NCBI RefSeq assembly: GCF_000143415.4
Contig: NW_003314351.1
Span: 650,697 to 710,542 of the forward strand
Length of the DNA: 59,846 bases
Origin: Selaginella moellendorffii
Taxonomy: Eukaryota > Plantae > Lycopodiophyta
Reading direction: 5' to 3'
In this document: positions 51,801 to 59,846 of the stretch, in pieces
Layout: each line of letters begins with the position of its first letter
How positions within the stretch are numbered: the stretch's first letter is position 1
Notes under the pieces: generated by a model
What the model saw: the letters and a program-made list of their open reading frames with translations, nothing else
The model's database searches: none
Told to the model about the DNA's origin: nothing
Position numbers and translations under genes: made by a program

Positions 51801-51900
51801 TATTTGGTTAAGGAATAAGATTCATGGTTCAAAGTGTTAATTTGAACTATTAGTAATAGTGTGACTTAGTAATGACTTAGTAATGGTGCAGCCATATGGC
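48815..51900 (+). mobile_element. Mosaic of decayed internal regions: family E (48815-49300), family D-like gag fragment (~49305-49380), diverged family A internal (~49900-51900)
   Basis: Homology within the window; ENVRIELRHFQQGKIMLADYIEK matches the family D gag. Confidence 0.7.
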
Positions 51901-51903
51901 AAG

Positions 51904-52188
51904 TGTAGCACACGTGGTTTTTACCCTTTATCCTATGGTGAGTTACAATAGGATAACCACGAAGACTCCATGTGCCATATGTCATATGCCATGTGCCACA
52001 TGCCACGTGTCCAAAGGACAGCAGAGTGGAACCTAAGTATCAGAGCCTTGGGCTATTGAATGAAGGAACAGAACCAAACTCCTAAGCATGGAGCCAAGGA
52101 GCGAAGGAATTGGAGCACGAAGCAACTCCTGAGCATACAGCCCAAGCAGTAGAGGGATAGAAGTACAGAATGGCTTGCAACAGTCTGT
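51904..52188 (-). mobile_element. Family B LTR segment, interrupted by the young family A element
   Basis: Matches 38891-39185 up to 'acagtc', where the TGTAAG of family A begins. Confidence 0.75.
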
Positions 52189-53192
52189 TGTAAGCGACTA
52201 ATTTTTCCATTCTACTTTAGTCACTTAACCACACCTCCGTCCACTTGGAGGAGTCTCATTCACAACCTCCATAAGTCCAACTCAGGACTTGGGGCTTGCT
52301 AGCCCCGAGAATGGCATCCATGCCACTCAACCTTAGCACTTGGTCCAAGTGCTCCACGTGTCCGATCCCATGATCGACACCCCAAGGTACCACCGACGTA
52401 TCGGCCCGTTACGCTAAGGCCATGCCCAATTACCTTGGTCACACTGGTGGTCCAACACCACCTGCATTCCAATCCCGTCTCTCAAAGACTAGGTCATTCG
52501 TCCATGAGGGATCATCCCAGATCCACTTCTTAACATCCTTAGGATGCCTACAGACATGGGGAATAGCCTTCCCCAATATCTCTGTTCCGGTCCCCACCAA
52601 GTCCCTTTCTGTCCTTGGCTGTGTTCGCCAACACTGCCACTGGGTCAAGGCCCACTGGCTCGACCACTAAGTCCCACTATCCTCGAGGACTTCCTCACTG
52701 TGTGACTGTGTCCTTGGTCACCCCACCAGAGGGCTACCCCTCTTCCTTTCCACAGTCTGGGACTTTGGGACACCATTTCGGAACACCGTGGCCTTACGCG
52801 AGCCACCTGGGTACTCTCCCCACCTTTCGCCTTTAGGTGCTCTAGCCATGGGCTTAGAGCGAGGTTCCGTTGAGCCACGCCTGGTATCCAAGTAGGTAGT
52901 GCCACCCACACTTGGACTGGGAGCATCGGCCAGTCGATCTCCCGGGGGAACTAGAGCCGGCTCTTGAACACTTCACCAAGCTACCCCGCTTGTCGGTCTG
53001 TGTTCACTCTAGTCTTGGACTTCCCAGTGGGCAGCTCATCACCCAACACTGGGTCCGGCCTTCCTGGGCCAAACTGGCCTTTCCTGGCCAAACTGGCTCC
53101 ACTGCAGTCCTCCCCCTACTATACTTTTGGAGCTCACCAAACCCCCCAGGGTCTGGGAGACGAACGCTTTGGGCTTTCACCCTCTCAGGCTC

Positions 53193-53298
53193 CGGACTCG
53201 GACTCGGACTCGGACTCGGACTCGGACTCGGACTCGGACTCGGATTCGGACTCGGACTCGGACTCGGGCTCGGGCTCGGGCTCGGTCTCGGCCTCGGC

Positions 53299-53341
<43 letters not shown>

Positions 53342-53820
53342 CCGGTCTCGGTCTCGACTTCGGACTCCATCTCGGACTCCATCTCGGACTCCATCTCGGA
53401 CTCCATCTCGGACTCCATCTCGGGTCCATCTCGGGTCCATCTCGGACTCCATCTCGGGTCCATCTCGGACTCCATCTCGGACTCCATCTCGGGTCCATCT
53501 CGGACTCCATCTCGGGTCCATCTCGGACTCCATCTCGGACTCCATTTCGGGTCCATCTCGGGTCCACCTCGGACTCCATCTTGGACTCCATCTCGGACTC
53601 CATCTCGGGTCCATCTCCGACTCCTCTTCGGACTCCAACTCGGGTCCATCTCGGGTCCACCTCGGACTCCACTTCGGACTCCATCTCGGACTCCATCTCG
53701 GGTCCATCTCGGACTCCACTTCGGACTCCAACTCGGGTCCATCTCGGACTCCACTTCGGACTCCAACTCGGGTCCATCTCGGACTCCACTTCGGACTCCA
53801 ACTTGAGTCCATCTCGGACA
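53193..53820. repeat. LTR satellite: (CTCGGA)n(CTCGGT)n, then GACTCCATCTCG/GGTCCATCTCG array
   Basis: Directly visible tandem array. Confidence 0.95.
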
Positions 53821-56800
53821 CTCCCACGTGTCATGTGTTGGTCCTTTTGGGTCCCTTTTTGGAGCCTCGCCTTTTGCTCGCTTCGTGCTCGTTCCTCGAG
53901 CACTTCGTTGGGAGTTCCACTCCCGCTCTTGACTTTTCAAGTCGGAGCTTTTGGTTCAAACGTGTTACGCTCGTTTGGCTCTCGCTTCGGCCACTACCAT
54001 GTGGCGCCCTTCCGGCTCCACTTTGGGGCCTAGGGATTTTGTGTCTCACAACTCCACCACCCATAGACGAAGTTCGATGTCCTCATCGAACGGTGAACCA
54101 TTTTATAAAGTAACACCCGCATGTGTTACCATTTCCATCCTTGGCGCGTAGCCAATATTTGTCAATGGTGTGACATTGAAGGCTCACCATGCCTTCTCCA
54201 TATTCATCAATGGTTGGACATTGAAGGCTCACCATGCCTTTTGCATATCCTCTAAGGAGGGTAGTCTCTCCAACTTAGAGACTGATTGGACCACATATAG
54301 TGGTTCTCTCCTTTTATTGGTTTAGTTCTCGCTAAACCTCTTAGAGACCCTTCTCTAAGTCAATCCCACTACTCCTTCTCGAGTAGTCTCAATTTCCATC
54401 GATATAACCTTTGCACTTTGGAACTTTGAATTTTGACTTCTTGGAGTCAATTTCCTAGGTGTCTCCGACACCTTGCCTTGCACCTTTTGTGCAACTCCAC
54501 TTCCCATCCTAGGAAGTTCTCTACTCTAAGGCACCATCATCCTCTCTTCTATTTCGTGCCAAAGTTCCAGTTATCATACTTTGTGCTAGGGCTGTTCATG
54601 GCCCTATCATTTGGCTACCTTACCGCTCCCTCCCTTGGAGCTTCCACTTTCGCCAAATTGGAGCATTTCGGAATCCCTCCTTGGAAACACACTTCCTTTC
54701 CCACAACTTGTTAGCGTCCAACACATTAGTGTTCCTCGCCTAACTTTGTCACTTGGATTCCTTCCAAGGGATTCCACGGCCCTATCTTGGCCACTCATCT
54801 TTTGCTCCTATCCATTGATTGTTGCACCAAGCAACATCGAATCTCTACCTCCCTCCTTGAGGTATTGTTTCGATTCCATAGCAAAGACTCTTCTTTGCCA
54901 AGTCCGGAGGATGTTCACCCCTAGAACGTCTCTTTAGCATCTTCTGCTATGGGCTCTATCCACGGCCCAACTTCGTGACCCTCCCATGGGTCTTTTATAA
55001 AGACTACTTTCTTCGGACTCACTATGCCATCGCACGGACATAGTTTATTTCCCTTAGGTGCTCTTCCCACTTGGTCATCACGACCAAGCCACACCACCTT
55101 AAACAGTTCAATTTCAACATTTTTAACCAGGAACTTCATTCCTTAACCAACCAAGGACCTTGTCCTTATCTGGCCATAAGATCACCTAGTGATCTCACCT
55201 TAGCACCTTAACAGAGTTGCCAAGAGGTACTTGGTCTTCTAGACCTCTAAGTTGTTGACTATAACCCCGGGGGCATCCCCCACACTTGGCGGTGCACCCA
55301 AGCCAGCCCTTACGGCCAAGGGTTCATAGCAACTGAGATTAGGTGTCCCCATCTCACTCACCACGACCTTGGTGCCACTTGCACCAAAGCGTTCAAGTTA
55401 GATATGCTGAGCTTTCACACTAAGCAATCTAACCGTGCATCACGACTCCGAGGCATCCCTCGCTTGGCGGTGTGCCCAAACCAGTCTCCCCACTGAGAGT
55501 CCATGACCACCGAAATATGAGTGTCCTCATATTCCAAACCATCACCACGCCCTAGTGATTTGGGACTCGAACCCAAGCACTAGAGGGTTGGGACTCGAAC
55601 CCAACCTCCGTATATGCATCTACGGACGGCATCACACAAGATGCCTGGCGTGACTCCCCACGCCGGTGCACCAACTTATTTTTAAAGCGCGCTACAGATC
55701 ACAGCTTAGGAACCTAGTTCCCCCACACTGCCAAGTCCCCTCACTTGACATATCTGTGATCATGCATGGACTCCTCCATGCTCGGCCCCATGGCCCACCC
55801 TTTTTGAAGTTATCACCTTCAACTAGGGTATTTGTTCCCCCGACGTGCCAATCTCGCTTGGCAAGTTCTCCGACCACTGTAACATGGTTCCTGCATAAGC
55901 GTGAAAGTCCTTGACCATCGACTTTCGTTCAAAGCCCTCTCTTTGAACACTCGGGAACTACTTCCCTAACCTTGATAGCCTTGCCTCATGGCAAGCTTCA
56001 AGACCACGCTTTTGCTGCGCCACTCTGATTTCGCGCGTTCCATGAACTATTTACACTTGGCCTTTCTAGGTACTAAGCTACCTAGAATCGTCTTTGGGAA
56101 CCTTGAAGGAACTCTGTCCCTCAGCTTGCTAAGGCCTCCCTTTTGCAAGCCTTCCAAATGCCACATAGTCTAACATGGACAATTCCATAACTTAGACTCT
56201 CCATGGCATCACGGTTGCTAGCGGCAACACCCTCGAGCCCCCACTTGATTCTCCACTCCCAGCTGGCATAACCAACCTTGGTTATGCCCTTCGATTTCTA
56301 TGGTTCAGTTCCATCCCAATACTACTTGCCTTTGGCTTCACACCTTTCCTTCGGTCATTCTCCTCCAGATCAGGAGGATAGCTTTGCACTTTCTATCATG
56401 CCTTAGCAAGTATTCTTAGGGATGAACCTACCCAATAGCCCAGGGAGTGGTTCCTCAATCTGGGTATGCTCACCTTATAATCCCACACACTGGGATTACA
56501 TTGTTGCTTATGGGCCTTTACATGCCCATCACTAACCTTGCCAAAATTCCATTTTTGGCTTTGTCCAACTTGGGTAGACAGTCCTCTCCTGTCTCCGCAA
56601 CCTTGGACATTTGGATAGCACCTTCTATCCATCATTCGCTAGGGACTTAGTCCCTTGGGCTTTATCCATTGCCCTCGCGTCATCAAACACCACCTTCTGG
56701 TGTTCTAGAGTGTTCGGGTGTCCCAATGATGGCTTTCTTGACAATGAGTATTTCCTTTTATGACATTGACTTACTATATCGCAACACAAGCAACTTATCC

Positions 56801-59152
56801 CCCGTAAGGGTATATCCAACTTCCCTATGCTATTAAGAAGTCTTGGGTAGCTACCTTCTACCCGTTTAACCAGTTATTTTGCACCTCTTGCTTAGTTGCC
56901 TCATAGTTGTCAAGTCCTACAACTCATTGCTTGGTGCTTTCACACCTCCATCATTATCTGGGTCACCACACTCCAACTGCATGCTCTGCAGCTTAGGCTA
57001 TGCTATTCCCATTTCCATTGGGATTCCTTTGGCAAGGGGTTCTCATGAACCCACCAACATAGCCTCAAGGTATCACACCTTGGCACATTTGGTGTCTCCA
57101 CACCATCGGCTCCACGAGCCTACCTCTATGACATTTCCCCTTCGTGTCTAAGTCTTTGCCAAGACCAACACCGCTCTTTCTCATGCCAACCATCCGTTAA
57201 CACTGCACCATAGAGGTCACACACAACTTTATGTCAAAGTTGTTTTCTTCTGAGAACACCTTTCCCATAACTTTAGCATGGCACATTTTGCCATTGATGA
57301 GATACCCTCTGTTCTCATCCTTGGATCCTATGATCCCCCCCCATCCTTTGTGGGGTACAACACACCTCAGTCCAAATGCTTCCATCAGTCCTTTTAGGAC
57401 CATCCGTTGACTCTACTTGAGTCATCCAGCAGTTTTGGACTTGGTTAATCCACAGACCCGTAAGGTGCTACTTGTGAGGCACTAGCTCACTGGAATACAC
57501 TTCTTGCATTCCTGTCCTACTCAAAAGGACTATTTTCACAAGTGTTACTCCGACACTTGATTTTGTTCTCTGGGGGCAACCTTTGCCCCTTAGGACTACT
57601 TGTCCATGTGATGAGAACACCAACTCATCCACTTAATACACCCCCAACTCCTTGGGTTGTTCCAGCATTTATTAGAGGTAGCCCCAGCTACCTTTTCAAG
57701 GACTTGAGTCCTCTTCCGTATTTGACTTCCCACGGTCATTACTTCTGGTCTCACATTCATGAGCACCAACCTCAACTATATGAGGAAAATCTTGTGACTC
57801 CTTTATTGCTTTGGAGTCTTTATCTTTCCCATGATCCCAACTGCAGTTGTTTACCACAACTACATTAGCCAGTTTGCTAAGTCAAACGCTCATCTGGATC
57901 ACATCCTCAACTCTTTGAGGAAAACCATATACTGTTCCCAAGATCCCAAAGTCGTTCCATCATTGGCCCTTTTCTATCCACCACCTCGTCTACAAGTTCA
58001 CACATGAACTGTAATGGAGAGCCATGTCTTCCCGACTTGCTACTCCTCAAGGATAGGCCCACTCCTCGGACCTTCCGATGCCAACACTAGTGGTGATATA
58101 CTTGAGCACCAATAAAAGTCGGACTAAGGAACAGCTCCGATACCAAGTTGTAAGCGACTAATTTTTCCATTCTACTTTAGTCACTTAACCACACCTCCGT
58201 CCACTTGGAGGAGTCTCATTCACAACCTCCATAAGTCCAACTCAGGACTTGGGGCTTGCTAGCCCCGAGAATGGCATCCATGCCACTCAACCTTAGCACT
58301 TGGTCCAAGTGCTCCACGTGTCCGATCCCATGATCGACACCCCAAGGTACCACCGACGTATCGGCCCGTTACGCTAAGGCCATGCCCAATTACCTTGGTC
58401 ACACTGGTGGTCCAACACCACCTGCATTCCAATCCCGTCTCTCAAAGACTAGGTCATTCGTCCATGAGGGATCATCCCAGATCCACTCCTTAACATCCTT
58501 AGGATGCCTACAGACATGGGGAATAGCCTTCCCCAATATCTCTGTTCCGGTCCCCACCAAGTCCCTTTCTGTCCTTGGCTGTGTTCGCCAACACTGCCAC
58601 TGGGTCAAGGCCCACTGGCTCGACCACTAAGTCCCACTATCCTCGAGGACTTCCTCACTGTGTGACTGTGTCCTTGGTCACCCCACCAGAGGGCTACCCC
58701 TCTTCCTTTCCACAGTCTGGGACTTTGGGACACCATTTCGGAACACCGTGGCCTTACGCGAGCCACCTGGGTACTCTCCCCACCTTTCGCCTTTAGGTGC
58801 TCTAGCCATGGGCTTAGAGCGAGGTTCCGTTGAGCCACGCCTGGTATCCAAGTAGGTAGTGCCACCCACACTTGGACTGGGAGCATCGGCCAGTCGATCT
58901 CCCGGGGGAACTAGAGCCGGCTCTTGAACACTTCACCAAGCTACCCCGCTTGTCGGTCTGTGTTCACTCTAGTCTTGGACTTCCCAGTGGGCAGCTCATC
59001 ACCCAACACTGGGTCCGGCCTTCCTGGGCCAAACTGGCCTTTCCTGGCCAAACTGGCTCCACTGCAGTCCTCCCCCTACTATACTTTTGGAGCTCACCAA
59101 ACCCCCCAGGGTCTGGGAGACGAACGCTTTGGGCTTTCACCCTCTCAGGCTC

Positions 59153-59258
59153 CGGACTCGGACTCGGACTCGGACTCGGACTCGGACTCGGACTCGGACT
59201 CGGATTCGGACTCGGACTCGGACTCGGGCTCGGGCTCGGGCTCAGTCTCGGCCTCGGC

Positions 59259-59301
<43 letters not shown>

Positions 59302-59781
59302 CCGGTCTCGGTCTCGACTTCGGACTCCATCTCGGACTCCATCTCGGACTCCATCTCGGACTCCATCTCGGACTCCATCTCGGGTCCATCTCGGGTCCAT
59401 CTCGGACTCCATCTCGGGTCCATCTCGGACTCCATCTCGGACTCCATCTCGGGTCCATCTCGGACTCCATCTCGGGTCCATCTCGGACTCCATCTCGGAC
59501 TCCATTTCGGGTCCATCTCGGGTCCACCTCGGACTCCATCTCGGACTCCATCTCGGACTCCATCTCGGGTCCATCTCCGACTCCTCTTCGGACTCCAACT
59601 CGGGTCCATCTCGGGTCCACCTCGGACTCCACTTCGGACTCCATCTCGGACTCCATCTCGGGTCCATCTCGGACTCCACTTCGGACTCCAACTCGGGTCC
59701 ATCTCGGACTCCACTTCGGACTCCAACTCGGGTCCATCTCGGACTCCACTTCGAGACTCCAACTTGAGTCCATCTCGGACA
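59153..59781. repeat. Same LTR satellite in the 5' LTR
   Basis: Directly visible tandem array. Confidence 0.95.
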
Positions 59782-59846
59782 CTCCCACGTGTCATGTGTT
59801 GGCCCTTTTGGGTCCCTTTTTGGAGCCTCGCCTTTTGCTCGCTTCG

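Larger units (their letters stand above)
52189..59846 (-). mobile_element. Young non-coding LTR retroelement (LARD-like, family A): 3' LTR 52189-54050, internal 54051-58148, 5' LTR 58149 to beyond the window
   Basis: LTRs offset by 5960 bp with only about five differences seen by eye over ~1.7 kb. PBS TGGTATCGGAGC at 58134-58145, PPT at 54051-54064. No ORF over ~110 aa and no gag/pol motif in the 4.1-kb interior. Confidence 0.92.

Noticed and set aside
53350-53820. Regular repeats resembling a CRISPR array
   Set aside because: Contiguous 11-12 bp tandem units with no unique spacers, eukaryotic context, no cas genes.
52912-54113. Long overlapping ORFs in all six frames (SR-, ES-, GL-, SD-repeat peptides; also at 4090-4735, 35883-37429, 46863-48092, 58964-59795)
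   Set aside because: They arise because the LTR satellite units contain no stop codon; not SR proteins or other genes.
52189-59846. Segmental or assembly duplication of 1.7 kb
   Set aside because: The repeats have TG/CA termini, an adjacent PBS and PPT, and a few differences, so they are LTRs.

Overview
Eukaryotic, almost certainly land-plant DNA. Evidence: tRNA-iMet primer-binding sites, Ty3/gypsy elements (one with a chromodomain), a Helitron, a Cassandra-type TRIM, and very short 44-55 nt introns. Ciliary genes imply a lineage with flagellated sperm; a Selaginella-like compact genome is my inference, not proven. Roughly two thirds of the window is nested retroelements. Embedded in them is a group of intron-rich host genes, and every one I can identify is an axoneme or basal-body gene: RIB43A (11651-12647), an ODF3/SHIPPO PGPG-repeat protein (24379-25596), CEP135/BLD10-like (25693-29025) and CEP162-like (29132-32106). 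The last three are co-oriented and only ~100 bp apart. An unidentified large coiled-coil gene lies head-to-head with RIB43A. Mobile elements: two TSD-flanked gypsy elements (13899-17224 lacks PR/RT; 17331-22244 is pseudogenised), a 5S-rRNA-bearing TRIM (43973-44575), a non-autonomous Helitron ending 15 bp after the CEP162 stop, and many copies of a non-coding LTR family ('A') whose ~1.9-kb LTRs carry a 6/11/12-bp satellite. All gene identifications come from manual splicing and remembered family motifs, not database searches.
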